64,000 bases of DNA from an uncultured Armatimonadetes bacterium (GTDB lineage: Bacteria; Armatimonadota; Hebobacteria; Hebobacterales; Hebobacteraceae), in assembly GCA_963716175.1 (NCBI GenBank), contig OY970296.1, forward strand, positions 2,144,001 through 2,208,000. Reading direction: 5' to 3'. Of the stretch, positions 49,071-59,306 are shown piece after piece. Each line of letters opens with the position of its first letter. The stretch's first letter is position 1. The position numbers were made by a program, and so were the translations under genes. The notes beneath the pieces were generated by a model that saw only the letters and a list, made by a program, of their open reading frames with translations, was not told the origin of the DNA and made no database searches.

Positions 49071-50906
49071 ATGTGTGGGATCGTTGGCTACCTTGGCGGC
49101 CGGGACACGGTGGAGGTGCTGCTGGAGGGACTCCGGCGGTTGGAGTACAGAGGCTATGACTCCGCCGGCGTGGCCGTGTTGGTGGATGGGAAGATCGAGG
49201 TGGTGAAGGCCCAGGGGAAGCTCTCGGTGCTGTCAGGCATTCTGGCGGAAGGGAAGCCCATCGGGCGGCTGGGCATCGGGCACACCCGCTGGGCGACCCA
49301 CGGTCCGCCCTCTGAGAGAAACGCCCATCCTCATACCGATTGCCAGGGCGACATCGCGGTGGTCCACAATGGGATCATCGAGAACTACCTGGACCTGCGG
49401 GAGCGACTGGAGGCCGAGGGCCATACCCTGCGCTCGCAGACAGACACGGAAGTGCTGCCCCATCTCCTCGAGAAGTACTATGACGGCGACCTCGAGCAAG
49501 CGATGCGCCGGACGCTGCGGGAGGTGCGGGGTTCCTACGCGGCGGTGGCGATCTGTGATCGGGAGCCAGGCCGACTGATCGCCGCCCGCCAGTACAGCCC
49601 GCTGGTGGCGGGAATCGGCGAGAACGGCGGGGAGAACTTCCTCGCTTCCGATATCCCGGCGATTCTCTCCTTCACCCGTCAGGCCTATCTCATTGACAAT
49701 GGCGAGATGGTGGTGGTGACCGAAGACGGGATCGAGATCAAGACCCTCGCCGGCAAGAGGGTGGATAAGCCAGTCTTCCACGTCCAGTGGGACGCGAAGA
49801 TGGCGGAGAAGGGCGGCAATAAGCACTTCATGATCAAGGAGATCTTCGAGCAGCCGGCGGCGCTGCGGCAGACCATCGGCGATCGCATCCTGGGGAGGGA
49901 GATGCGGCTCGATCTGGAGGGGCTGGGCCTGCGGGATGCGGAGCTGCGCCGCATCCGCAAGATCGTGGTCATCGCCTGCGGCACCGCCTCCTACGCGGGC
50001 ATGGCCGGTCAGTACGCCATCGAGAAGCTGTGTCGGGTCCCGGTGATCGTGGACGTGGCCTCCGAGCTGCAGCATCGGGAGTCGGTCTTCGACAAGCACA
50101 CCCTGGGCATCGCCATCAGCCAGTCCGGAGAGACCGCGGACACGCTGATGGCGATGCGGATGGCCCGGCGCCAAGGAGCGAAGGTGCTGGCCGTCACCAA
50201 TGTGATCGGCAGCTCGGTGGCACGAGACTCCGATGGACTGCTTTACATCCATGCCGGGCCGGAGATCGGTGTCGCCTCCACCAAGGCCTATACCAGCCAG
50301 ATCCTCGCGGTGTTGCTGTTCTGCGTGCATCTCGGGCTGGTGCGTGGCACGCTGACACCGACCCGGGCGCGCGGTCTGCTGCGCGAGATCAAGCGCCTGC
50401 CGGACCAGGCGGAAGGAGCCCTGGAGGAGGCCGACCAGATCAAAGCGCTTGCTCAGAAGTACAGCCACGTCAAGCGCTACCTCTACCTGGGCCGGGGCGC
50501 CAACTACTGCTCAGCGATGGAGGGAGCGCTCAAGCTGAAGGAGATCGCCTATCTGGACGCCGAGGGCTACGCCGCCGGGGAGATGAAGCACGGGCCGCTG
50601 GCCCTGGTCACCGGTGATACCGCGGTGGTTTCGGCGGTGGTCGAGGGGCCGCATTACGAGAAGAGCCTGGGCAATCTCCAGGAGATTCGCGCCCGCGGCG
50701 GCCAGGTGATCGCGGTGGCCAATGATGACGATGAGGAGATCGTCAAGTACGCGGATGACGTGATCCGCATCCCCAAGACCAACGAGATCTTCTCACCGGT
50801 GCTGGCCGGCATTCCGCTCCAGCTCTACGCCTACTACGTGGCCGATCTGCTGGGGTGTGAGATTGACCAGCCCCGTAATCTGGCCAAGAGCGTCACCGTC
50901 GAGTAG
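49071..50906 (+). CDS. glmS: Glutamine-fructose-6-phosphate transaminase
   Basis: MCGIVG, LEYRGYDSAG, HTRWATHG, SQSGETAD, PRNLAKSVTVE. Confidence 0.98.
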   Translation: MCGIVGYLGGRDTVEVLLEGLRRLEYRGYDSAGVAVLVDGKIEVVKAQGKLSVLSGILAEGKPIGRLGIGHTRWATHGPPSERNAHPHTDCQGDIAVVHNGIIENYLDLRERLEAEGHTLRSQTDTEVLPHLLEKYYDGDLEQAMRRTLREVRGSYAAVAICDREPGRLIAARQYSPLVAGIGENGGENFLASDIPAILSFTRQAYLIDNGEMVVVTEDGIEIKTLAGKRVDKPVFHVQWDAKMAEKGGNKHFMIKEIFEQPAALRQTIGDRILGREMRLDLEGLGLRDAELRRIRKIVVIACGTASYAGMAGQYAIEKLCRVPVIVDVASELQHRESVFDKHTLGIAISQSGETADTLMAMRMARRQGAKVLAVTNVIGSSVARDSDGLLYIHAGPEIGVASTKAYTSQILAVLLFCVHLGLVRGTLTPTRARGLLREIKRLPDQAEGALEEADQIKALAQKYSHVKRYLYLGRGANYCSAMEGALKLKEIAYLDAEGYAAGEMKHGPLALVTGDTAVVSAVVEGPHYEKSLGNLQEIRARGGQVIAVANDDDEEIVKYADDVIRIPKTNEIFSPVLAGIPLQLYAYYVADLLGCEIDQPRNLAKSVTVE

Positions 50907-50918
50907 TCGGCGAAGCCC

Positions 50919-50955
50919 ACCGCAGAGACGCGGAGATCGCAGAGGGGCGCAAAGG
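50919..50955 (+). repeat. Third copy of the ACCGCAGAG 9-bp-periodic repeat
   Basis: ACCGCAGAGACGCGGAG is identical to 4435-4451. Confidence 0.7.
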
Positions 50956-50957
50956 CA

Positions 50958-52532
50958 ATGGATTCGCCTGTCGAGGGCGCGAGCGGGTTACGTTCCGGCC
51001 AGTTCGCGGGAGCCGCTCTGCTCTGGCTAGTGTTCTCCAGCGGGGTGGCAGTGATGGGCCTGGAGATGTCCGCCTCCCGGCTCATTGCGCCCTATTTCGG
51101 CAGCACGCTTTCGGTGTGGACCAGCCTCATCGGCCTGGTCCTGATTTTTCTGACCGTGGGCTACTACCTGGGGGGCACGCTCGCCGACCGCTATCCCTCC
51201 CGGCACCTGCTGGGAGCCGTAGTCCTGGTGGCAGGGGTGCTGGCGCTGGCCTTGCCCGTAGTCAGCACCCCGGTGCTGCGCACGGCCTGGGGGCTGACAC
51301 CCAGGGCCGGCCTCCTGCCGGCTTCTCTCGTCGGCACTTTCGCACTCTTCTCTCTGCCCACCATTCTCCTGGGCTGCGTCTGCCCGTTCGCGCTGAAGCT
51401 GAGCATCCAGGACCTGGGCCGCACCGGCCGCACCTCGGGCCACATCTACGCAGTGTCGGCCCTGGGAAGCGTGGTGGGCACTTTCCTTCCTGCGCTGGTC
51501 ACCATCCCCCGGCTGGGGGTGCGCCATTCCATCATGGTGTTTGGCGCGCTGCTGGTGGTCGCGGCCCTGCTGCTGCTGGCGCGGGCGCGTTTCCTGCCTG
51601 CGGCCGGGGCCATGCTGCTGTTCGGGCTGCCGCTGCCGCCCATGCTGCCAACCCAGGGGGCGATAGCCGAACAGGAATCACTGTACAACTACCTCCGCGT
51701 GGTGGAGGCCGGACAGACGCGGCTGCTGATAGTGGACTGGGGCGCCTTCTCCTTCTACACACCTGGCGAGTTCCGCACCCGTCAGTACTACGACTACTTC
51801 CTGCTGGCGCCCCTGCTGCGTCCCACCCCTCCTGGCGCGTGGCTGCGCCGGGTCCTGATCGTCGGCCTGGGCGCGGGCACCGCCGCCAAGCAGATCACCG
51901 CGGCCTTCGGCCCTCTGCCCATAGACGGGGTCGAGATTGACCCGGCCATCGTCGCCCTGGGCCGGCGCCACTTCGCCATGAACGAGCCCAACCTGCGGGT
52001 GCACGTCACCGACGGCCGCGCCTTTCTGGCCGGGACGCGGGCCCCCTATGATTGGGTGATCCTCGACGCCTACCAGGGATCAGACATCCCGTTCCATCTC
52101 ATCACCAGTGAGTACTTCCAGGCGCTGCGGGAGCACATGAGCGCGGCAGGGGTGCTGGCCATCAACCTCGCCTGGTGGCGGCCGGACGATCCGGTGCTGC
52201 TGGGCCGCCTGGTGGCCACGGTCAAGACCGCCTTCCCCAAGGTGTACGCGGTGACTGAGATTTCGGAGCGGGCGGGCGCGGTGCTCCTCGCCGGCGGGCC
52301 CGAGCTCTCGCCCTCCCATCTGCTCCCCGATGCAGAGGCGGTAGGGCACCCCGGGCTGATAGAGATCGCCCGGGAAGTCGCCAGAGGTGGCCCGCCGCGC
52401 CTGACCGCGACCACCGGGATGGGCCCACCGTTCACGGATGACCGCGCCCCGATCGAGGAGATCGCGGATCGGATGTACCGCCAGACCCGCCGGGAAGCCT
52501 ACCAGCGGGAGCTGGGGGTGCTGAAGCCCTGA
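50958..52532 (+). CDS. Fused membrane domain / spermidine-synthase-like SAM methyltransferase
   Basis: N-terminal TMs (LE....R...P.FG); GLGAGT, VEIDP, DGR.F, ILDAY, TDDRAP.E. Confidence 0.85.
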   Translation: MDSPVEGASGLRSGQFAGAALLWLVFSSGVAVMGLEMSASRLIAPYFGSTLSVWTSLIGLVLIFLTVGYYLGGTLADRYPSRHLLGAVVLVAGVLALALPVVSTPVLRTAWGLTPRAGLLPASLVGTFALFSLPTILLGCVCPFALKLSIQDLGRTGRTSGHIYAVSALGSVVGTFLPALVTIPRLGVRHSIMVFGALLVVAALLLLARARFLPAAGAMLLFGLPLPPMLPTQGAIAEQESLYNYLRVVEAGQTRLLIVDWGAFSFYTPGEFRTRQYYDYFLLAPLLRPTPPGAWLRRVLIVGLGAGTAAKQITAAFGPLPIDGVEIDPAIVALGRRHFAMNEPNLRVHVTDGRAFLAGTRAPYDWVILDAYQGSDIPFHLITSEYFQALREHMSAAGVLAINLAWWRPDDPVLLGRLVATVKTAFPKVYAVTEISERAGAVLLAGGPELSPSHLLPDAEAVGHPGLIEIAREVARGGPPRLTATTGMGPPFTDDRAPIEEIADRMYRQTRREAYQRELGVLKP

Positions 52533-52701
52533 GCCGGCCGCCTGTTGGGCAGGGGCTTGCCCCTGCCAATCGCGCCCAGCAGCCGGCGCCCGCCAGCATG
52601 AGACTCCCCGCCCCTCGCGAGGTATACAAGTGCTTGGTGGGATGGCGACTCCCATCCTTGCCTGACCTGGCATTCATCGCAGCATCGTGGGAGAACAGAA
52701 C

Positions 52702-52941
52702 ATGGCCGGAGGCAGGGACCTGGCGCGCCGCGTGCCGCGCTGGCTCAACTGGCTGGTGTGCTCGTCTGGCTTAACCTCTATCGGGTGCTTCATCTGGCGG
52801 CTGATGCTGTGTGACGGGGAAGTCACCTGCGTGCCGCCCAGTCCGGGTGGTCTCGTCCCCCGCCTGCTAGGTATGGCCGTTCTGCCCCTGCTGCTGCTTG
52901 TAACCCTGATCGAGAAAGCGGCCAGGAGGCTGGTGGAATAG
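52702..52941 (+). CDS. Small two-TM hypothetical protein
   Basis: GGAG upstream of ATG 52702; two hydrophobic segments; fills the intergenic gap. Confidence 0.4.
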   Translation: MAGGRDLARRVPRWLNWLVCSSGLTSIGCFIWRLMLCDGEVTCVPPSPGGLVPRLLGMAVLPLLLLVTLIEKAARRLVE

Positions 52942-53016
52942 GCTCACAGGGCGGGAGCACGCTCCTGCCCTTGCGTTCTCAGCGGGAGCGAACCGCTGGC
53001 GGCGATGTGCCCACGC

Positions 53017-53811
53017 CTACGGCAGGGACGCATGGCCGCCCTCCAGAGAAAGCAACTCCCGCATCTCGATGGCGTTCCTCGCGGCCTGGGCCTGGAAGCA
53101 GTTGTTCATGAAGACGTAGACCTTCTGGGTCTCGGCGGCCAATCCCCGAATCCTGGGCACCCACTCTTCCAGCTCTTCCCGAGGGTAGAGGTAGTCATAG
53201 CGAAGCTTGCTGTCCTTGGCCCACCACTGCTTGTAGTTGCGCCCGTGGAAGCGCACATAGCCTATCGGGGAGGTGGCCACCGCGATCGGAGGCATGAGGC
53301 TGCGGAACTGCGGCTCGTCCACCGCGCACCAGCCGACCTGGTGCTCGCGCAGGAACGCGAAGACCTCATCTTTGACCCATTCTCGATTGCGGAACTCCAC
53401 CACCAGCGGAAGCTCAGAGAAGCGGCCGCAGAGCTGGGTCAGGTAGCCCCGGTTGCCGGGTGTGTTGTGAAAAGAAGTGGGGAACTGGGCCAGGATGCAG
53501 CCGAACTTCTTCGCCTCGATCAGGGGCTGAATGGAGGCGATGAAGGTGGTGAAATCGGCCTCGTTCTCGGGGCCGATCTCGTGGGTGAGAGCGCGGTAGG
53601 CCTTCACCGTGAACTCGAACGCATCCGGCACCTTGTTTGCCATGTGAAAGAACGTGGCCGGGTGCATGAGCCGGTAGTAGCTGGCGTTGATCTCCAGGCA
53701 GTTGAACCGCTCGCCGTAGTATTGCAGCCAGTCCTTCTCCTTCACGCTCTCCGGGTAGAAGTGCCCCTTCCAGTCATTGAACTTGAAGCCTGAGGTGCCA
53801 ACGTAGATCAT
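53017..53811 (-). CDS. DUF72 domain protein
   Basis: IYVGTSGF...W...FYP, EINASYY, QFP, EFR, YVRFHGR, YDYLY, FMNN. Confidence 0.92.
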   Translation of the reverse strand: MIYVGTSGFKFNDWKGHFYPESVKEKDWLQYYGERFNCLEINASYYRLMHPATFFHMANKVPDAFEFTVKAYRALTHEIGPENEADFTTFIASIQPLIEAKKFGCILAQFPTSFHNTPGNRGYLTQLCGRFSELPLVVEFRNREWVKDEVFAFLREHQVGWCAVDEPQFRSLMPPIAVATSPIGYVRFHGRNYKQWWAKDSKLRYDYLYPREELEEWVPRIRGLAAETQKVYVFMNNCFQAQAARNAIEMRELLSLEGGHASLP

Positions 53812-53854
53812 GGTGGTCCATCCGCAGGTCACGGAGATGACACAGATTGAGTTC

Positions 53855-54697
53855 TCACTTCTGGCATTTCGGGCACCAGTGCATGCCGCGGCCACCAGCA
53901 ATGCGGGCCCTGCGGATGGGCGTGCCACACACGCGACAGGGCTCACCGGTGCGCTGGTAGGCCATCAGCCGGTCCTGGAAGCGACCCGGAATGCCGTACA
54001 CGTCGGCAAAGGTTTCGTCTCGGGCAGAGGAGCCGCCTCCCGCGATGGCCTCGGACAGCACCTGTCGAGTAGCTTCCCAGAGGCGCTGGCGCAGGGGGCC
54101 GGTCAGCTTGTTGGCGGCCCGGTTGGGCCTGATGCCGGCGCGAAAGCAGATCTCGTCGGCATAGATCTTGCCGATCCCGGCGATCACGTTCTGGTTCATC
54201 AGCACGGATTCCAGATCCGCGCTGCGGCGCGAGAAGGCCTGTTTGAGATACTCGGGGGTGAAGGCGTCGGAGAACGGCTCCGGGCCATAGCCCGCGAACT
54301 CCGGGCTCCGGTCGGTGTCGTGCCCGGGCCTGGCCGTGATCGAGCCGAACTGCCGCTGATCCACGAAGCGAATCTGGCGCCTCCCGGCCAGCACCAGGAT
54401 GGCGGAGGTATGCTTGTCCAGAGGCTCCTGCGGAGAGACCACCCGTATCAGCCCAGTCATGCCGAGGCGGATGATCAGAGTGGATGGCCGCTTGTGATTG
54501 AGGAACAGCAGGACGGCCTTCCCCCGGCGGCCCACCTGCTCGATCCTGCGCCCCTCCACCAGGGCGGCCAGCTCCTTTGGTGAGCCCTGCTCCCGCGCAG
54601 CGCGGGCAAGGTGCACCTCGATCCGCCGCACGCTGGCGCCGACGACTTCCTTCTCTAATTGTCGCCGAATGGTCTCGGCCTCGGGCAGCTCCGGCAT
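53855..54697 (-). CDS. mutM: Formamidopyrimidine-DNA glycosylase
   Basis: MPELPE, RRGK, LGMTG, D.R.FG, AGIG.IYADE, C4 zinc finger. Confidence 0.93.
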   Translation of the reverse strand: MPELPEAETIRRQLEKEVVGASVRRIEVHLARAAREQGSPKELAALVEGRRIEQVGRRGKAVLLFLNHKRPSTLIIRLGMTGLIRVVSPQEPLDKHTSAILVLAGRRQIRFVDQRQFGSITARPGHDTDRSPEFAGYGPEPFSDAFTPEYLKQAFSRRSADLESVLMNQNVIAGIGKIYADEICFRAGIRPNRAANKLTGPLRQRLWEATRQVLSEAIAGGGSSARDETFADVYGIPGRFQDRLMAYQRTGEPCRVCGTPIRRARIAGGRGMHWCPKCQK

Positions 54698-54868
54698 CGC
54701 TCCCTCCGGCACTCGGTTTCGGCGGGGCCGGTCGCCTGACGGAGGCGTCCGCGCCAGGCTCGCAGGTAGTGACAGCAACCACCAGGAAGCTGGGGCGGCA
54801 ACTTGCCGCCCCAGCCCGTTTCGTCCCCGGTTCATCTGACCCCCACAACGCTTGGGCAGCTCAGGCTG

Positions 54869-56110
54869 CTAGAAAGCGCTGAACAGCTCGACGAAGAACA
54901 CGTTGTTGGGGATCTCGCTCATGCCGGCCGGTGGCTTCTCCTTGTTGCGCTCGTACTCGATCTGCAGCCACTTCGGCAGGTTGCCCAGGAAGTGCTTCAC
55001 CCGGAGCGGGTACACGTAGGAGACGGCCAACTGCTCCGTGTCCCAGGTGATGGGGTCCAGGGTCCTGGGCACATCAATGTCCAGCCGGCCGTAGCGCAGG
55101 AACAACCCCTTGCAGGCGCCGCTGAAGCTGCGCCAGGGAGCGGTGCACTGCGCGCTCGGCTCCACCCCCAGCAGGATCTCCCAACCATTGTTGCGGATCC
55201 CGCCGGTGTCGCCCACGTAGTACTGGGCGCTGCCGATGAAAGGCATGCGGTTGTAGGTCGCGTCCAGGCCATAGCGACGGGCCGTCCGATTCTGGCCGTT
55301 GTAGGTGGCGAACTTCTTCGCCAGGAACGCGACGTCGGTGCGGTCCAGGCCATAGGTCCGACCCGACACGCCGACGTTCATATCGCCCATCTGCCTCCCT
55401 AAGCGAGCGCTTGCCTGCAGCTGGCCGGATCGGTCGGCCGGGGTATCGCGGTCGGTGAGGTGGCCCACTGTGGTGCGCCCCAGGGAGCCCTGATCCAGCT
55501 GCATATCGGCGGTCATGCCGATGAAGCGCTGTCCTGGGCGCTCGGCGTTCAGGATGCCAAACGCCAGCTCGTCCTTGCCGTGCTTGCGCAGGTACTGGAT
55601 GCCCAGCACGCGATCCATGGTGAAGGCCTCGGAGAGCGGGCTGTAGTTGGAGGTCTTGCGGATGCCGTAAGCGGGCACGATGCCAAAGCAGTTGCTGCGG
55701 CCTTTGCCGATGCGGAACTTGGCACCAGGACCAGCCGGGACATCGAGGTAGAAGCTCTCCAGGTAGAGGAAAGACGGGTCGTCGTTGGGCAGCCAGGGAT
55801 GGATGTAGATCTCGGCGTAGCCCGTCTTGCCATTGGCGAGGCGAACCAGCCCGCTCAGCGAGACGCGTTCCCACTTCAGCCGGCTCTCATCCTGCTCGTT
55901 GCTGATGACACCGGAACTGCTCCTAGTGTCGTTCACGGTGACATCCGAGTAGTAGCGGGTGAGCATCCAGCCGTGCACCTCGACTGCCGGCGGGCCAGTC
56001 GCCTCCGCTGCCGCCGCCAGGCTCGCCGCGGCCAGCAGACATAACAGCAGTACCACAGCTCCGCAGCAAAGCCGGAGCCTTTCCAGGGTGAAGATTGGCC
56101 TGCTCCTCAT
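54869..56110 (-). CDS. Putative outer-membrane beta-barrel / porin
   Basis: Signal peptide, alternating beta-strand patterns, C-terminal aromatic ...VELFSAF. Confidence 0.6.
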   Translation of the reverse strand: MRSRPIFTLERLRLCCGAVVLLLCLLAAASLAAAAEATGPPAVEVHGWMLTRYYSDVTVNDTRSSSGVISNEQDESRLKWERVSLSGLVRLANGKTGYAEIYIHPWLPNDDPSFLYLESFYLDVPAGPGAKFRIGKGRSNCFGIVPAYGIRKTSNYSPLSEAFTMDRVLGIQYLRKHGKDELAFGILNAERPGQRFIGMTADMQLDQGSLGRTTVGHLTDRDTPADRSGQLQASARLGRQMGDMNVGVSGRTYGLDRTDVAFLAKKFATYNGQNRTARRYGLDATYNRMPFIGSAQYYVGDTGGIRNNGWEILLGVEPSAQCTAPWRSFSGACKGLFLRYGRLDIDVPRTLDPITWDTEQLAVSYVYPLRVKHFLGNLPKWLQIEYERNKEKPPAGMSEIPNNVFFVELFSAF

Positions 56111-56348
56111 AGTCTCCGTCTACCACCTCCTCGCCAGTGCTGTAACGGCCGCACCCGGCCGTCTGCTCCGCCAGCCCAGAGCTTGTTCCTGGGCCGGATA
56201 ACCATTTCCTCTCCCAGCCTGCCTGGTTCGTGCTGCTGCCCTCGCCTTCCTTCCGGCCCCACGGCCGGCGGGCGAGCCCGCCGCTCGGCTCCCAGGATAC
56301 GCCCGGCCGGGCGGCGCCCGCGCCAGCTAGCCCCCGCGGGGTAGCTCC

Positions 56349-57647
56349 CTACCGTCTGTCTACGATGCGAGGCATCCGCGGCTCAGCTCCGCTCAGGGTT
56401 CGCGGCTCCACCAGCCTCACCTCCACCGCCAGCCCCAGCGCCTCCTCCAGTTTCTGACGAAGCTGATTCTGCGTCTGCACCAGGTGTCGCATATCGCCGG
56501 TGAGGAGGCTGCTGGACACCTCCACCTGCACCTCAAGACGATCGGTCGCCCCCACCCGGTCCACGAACACCTGGTAGTGCGGCCCTACGCCTTCGGCGGT
56601 TAGCAGCACGGCCTCGACCTGGGCCGGAGAGAGCTTCACACCGCCGGCGATGATGATATCGTCGGTGCGCCGGAACACCCGCGCCATGCGCGCCAAGGTC
56701 CGGCCGCAGGCACACGGCTCCAGGTTGAGCGAGGTAAAGTCCCGAGTGCGATAGCGGATCACCGGCAGCGCCTCCTTGGTGAGAGTGGTGATCACCAGCT
56801 CGCCGGTCTGCCCTGGGGGCAGGGCCTCGCCCGATTCCGGGTCCACGATCTCGCACAGAAAATGATCTTCATTGATGTGCAGGCCCGCCTTGTGCTCGTT
56901 ACATTCGCCCGATACCCCGGGTCCCATCACCTCCGAGACCCGGTAGTTGTCGGTGGCCGATATGCCCAGTTGGCTCTCGATCCTCTGGCGGAGGCCCTCG
57001 CTCCAGGGCTCACCGCCCAGCATGCCCCACCGCAGATGCAGGCTGGTCCTGGCCACCCCTCTTTCTGTGAGCGCTTCTGCGATGCGGAGCGCATAGGTGG
57101 GTGTGCCCACCAGCGCGGTGGTGCGAAAATCCTGCATGATGCTGATCTGCTGCTCCACCGCGCCGGCCGCCACCGGGATCACAGAGGCGCCGATCTCCTC
57201 CGCCCCCTGGTGCAGCCCGAAGGCATCAGTGAGCAGCCCGTAGGTGAAGGAGATCTGGATCACGTCGTCCTTGGTCATGCCGCCCGCCGAGAGCACCCGG
57301 GCCGCCAGCTCTCGCCAATGGCGGAGATCGTTCTTCGTGTACCCTGCCACCGTGGGCGTCCCCGCGCCATTGGGGGAGCCGTGGATCCTGACCACCTCGC
57401 GCAGGGGCACCGCGAACATATCGTAGGGATACCCCTGCCGCAGGTCCTCCTTGGTGGTGAAGGGCAGCAGCCGCAGGTCGGGCAGAGAGCGAATGTGCTC
57501 CGGCATCAGGCCCTGCTCCTCGAAGCGCCGGCGGTAGAACGGCACTCCCTCCCAGGCCCGATTAGCGGTTACCTGCAGCCGCTCTAGCTGGAGCTGCTCG
57601 AGATCCACCCGGGGCATGGTCTCAATGCGCGGGTTCCAGATTGGCAT
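56349..57647 (-). CDS. Phenylacetate-CoA ligase-like protein with degenerate catalytic motifs
   Basis: LPFTTKEDLR, GELVITTLTKEA.P.IRYRT.D retained; P-loop reads HGSPNGAGTP. Confidence 0.85.
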   Translation of the reverse strand: MPIWNPRIETMPRVDLEQLQLERLQVTANRAWEGVPFYRRRFEEQGLMPEHIRSLPDLRLLPFTTKEDLRQGYPYDMFAVPLREVVRIHGSPNGAGTPTVAGYTKNDLRHWRELAARVLSAGGMTKDDVIQISFTYGLLTDAFGLHQGAEEIGASVIPVAAGAVEQQISIMQDFRTTALVGTPTYALRIAEALTERGVARTSLHLRWGMLGGEPWSEGLRQRIESQLGISATDNYRVSEVMGPGVSGECNEHKAGLHINEDHFLCEIVDPESGEALPPGQTGELVITTLTKEALPVIRYRTRDFTSLNLEPCACGRTLARMARVFRRTDDIIIAGGVKLSPAQVEAVLLTAEGVGPHYQVFVDRVGATDRLEVQVEVSSSLLTGDMRHLVQTQNQLRQKLEEALGLAVEVRLVEPRTLSGAEPRMPRIVDRR

Positions 57648-57699
57648 CCCTCACCTCCCCTCTTGCCCGTATCGGCGGCATTCCTGCCGCGACTCCCCT

Positions 57700-58437
57700 C
57701 TATTCCTCCCAGGCCTGGTGATAGCCGCGCCCCAGATAGGCGCGCTGCACCTCCCGCTGGCTGAGCAATTCCTGAGCCGGTCCCTCCATCACCACTCGCC
57801 CCGTCTCCATCACATAGGCGCGATCGGCAATCTGGAGCGCGGCCCGCGCGTTCTGCTCCACCAGCAGCACGGTCAGCCCACGGGCGCGGAACTCCGGGAT
57901 GGCGCCGAAGATCACCCTCGCCGCCCGCGGCGCCAGGCCCAGGGAGGGCTCATCCAGGAGGAGAAAGCGAGGTCGGCTCATGAGCGCGCGCCCGATCGCG
58001 AGCATCTGCTGCTCCCCGCCGGAGAGTGTCCCCGCGGGCTGCTGCCCGCGTTCTCGCAGCACCGGGAAGAGTTGCCAGATCTGGTCGAGGCTATCCGCCA
58101 GCTGGGCCCTCTTCTCTCTCCAGCTCAAGTGGTATGCTCCCAGCATCAGGTTATCGCGCACCGACAGCGGCGCGAACACCTGCCTCCCCTCCGGGACCTG
58201 ACTGATGCCGGCGCGCACGATGGCCTCCGGCGGCCGGCCGCCGATGGCCCGCCCCTCGAAGGTAATGCTCCCCTGGCCGGGTCCCAGCAGGCCCGAGATG
58301 GTCCTCAGGGTGGTGGTCTTGCCCGCCCCATTGGCCCCGATCAGGGCCACCACCTCTCCCTGGTTCACGTGCAGCGAGATGCCCTTTAGCGCCTGCACGC
58401 TGCCGTAATAGGTGGTCACGCTGGTGAGCACTAGCAC
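57700..58437 (-). CDS. livF: Branched-chain amino acid-type ABC ATPase (LivF)
   Basis: GANGAGKTT, VPEGR, LSGGEQQMLA, LDEPSLGLAP. Confidence 0.9.
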   Translation of the reverse strand: MLVLTSVTTYYGSVQALKGISLHVNQGEVVALIGANGAGKTTTLRTISGLLGPGQGSITFEGRAIGGRPPEAIVRAGISQVPEGRQVFAPLSVRDNLMLGAYHLSWREKRAQLADSLDQIWQLFPVLRERGQQPAGTLSGGEQQMLAIGRALMSRPRFLLLDEPSLGLAPRAARVIFGAIPEFRARGLTVLLVEQNARAALQIADRAYVMETGRVVMEGPAQELLSQREVQRAYLGRGYHQAWEE

Positions 58438-58438
58438 A

Positions 58439-59272
58439 TCAGTTGCCCTCGCCCGCCGGCCGTGTGGCGGGTCCGCCCGGCGCGGCCGGGAGGTCGGGGA
58501 CCGCGCTGTCTTCCCCCAGGTAGGCGGCGATGACGCGGGGATCGCGCTGCACCTCCCGCGGCTGTCCCTCCGCGATCTTCACGCCGTGATCCAGCACCAC
58601 CACCTCATCCGAGATTCTCATCACCAGATCCATGTCGTGGTCCACCAGCAGCACCGTCACCCCGAGGTCACGAATGCGCTTCACCAGCTCCCCCAGCCGA
58701 GCGGTCTCGGCCGTCGAAAGCCCCGCGGCGGGCTCGTCCAGCAGCACGAGCTGTGGTTCCGCCGCCAGCGCCCGCGCCACCTCCAGCAGCCGCTGTTGCC
58801 CGAAGGAGAGAGACCGCGCCTCGCGGTCGGCTGGGACGTCGGCCAGGCCTACCAGACGCAGGCACTCCCGCGCCTGCTCGGCCATCCGCTGCTCTTCCTG
58901 CCGCATCGCGGGCAGCCGAAGGGAGGCACTCAGCAGCCCAGCGCGGGTGCGGGCGTGGGCCCCCACCATCACGTTCTCCAGCACGCTCATGTTGGTAAAA
59001 AGCTCGACGTTCTGAAAGGTACGAGCCACCCCCAGCTTCGCCACGCGGTAGGAGGGGAGGCCGCTGGCACGCTTGCCGTCCACGCGGATCTCGCCCCCAT
59101 CCAGCGCGTGGATGGCGGTGATGAGGTTGAAGACCGTAGTCTTGCCGGCCCCGTTGGGGCCGATCAAGGCCTTGATCTGACCCCGGTCCACCTGAAAGCT
59201 AAGCCGGTCCAGGGCCACCAGCCCGCCGAAGCGCTTGCTTGCCTCATCTACCTGCAGTACCGGCTCGCTCAT
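58439..59272 (-). CDS. livG: Branched-chain amino acid-type ABC ATPase (LivG)
   Basis: FGGL.A, GPNGAGKTT, ARTFQ, LDEPAAG, V..AYLG. Confidence 0.9.
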   Translation of the reverse strand: MSEPVLQVDEASKRFGGLVALDRLSFQVDRGQIKALIGPNGAGKTTVFNLITAIHALDGGEIRVDGKRASGLPSYRVAKLGVARTFQNVELFTNMSVLENVMVGAHARTRAGLLSASLRLPAMRQEEQRMAEQARECLRLVGLADVPADREARSLSFGQQRLLEVARALAAEPQLVLLDEPAAGLSTAETARLGELVKRIRDLGVTVLLVDHDMDLVMRISDEVVVLDHGVKIAEGQPREVQRDPRVIAAYLGEDSAVPDLPAAPGGPATRPAGEGN

Positions 59273-59306
59273 CACTGCTCCACTAGCTGTGCCTGCCGGC
59301 TGCGCG

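Noticed and set aside
52628-52680. Fluoride-riboswitch-like GGGATGGCGACTCCC
   Set aside because: Lacks the downstream GCTGATGAC-type pseudoknot partner; only a simple hairpin.
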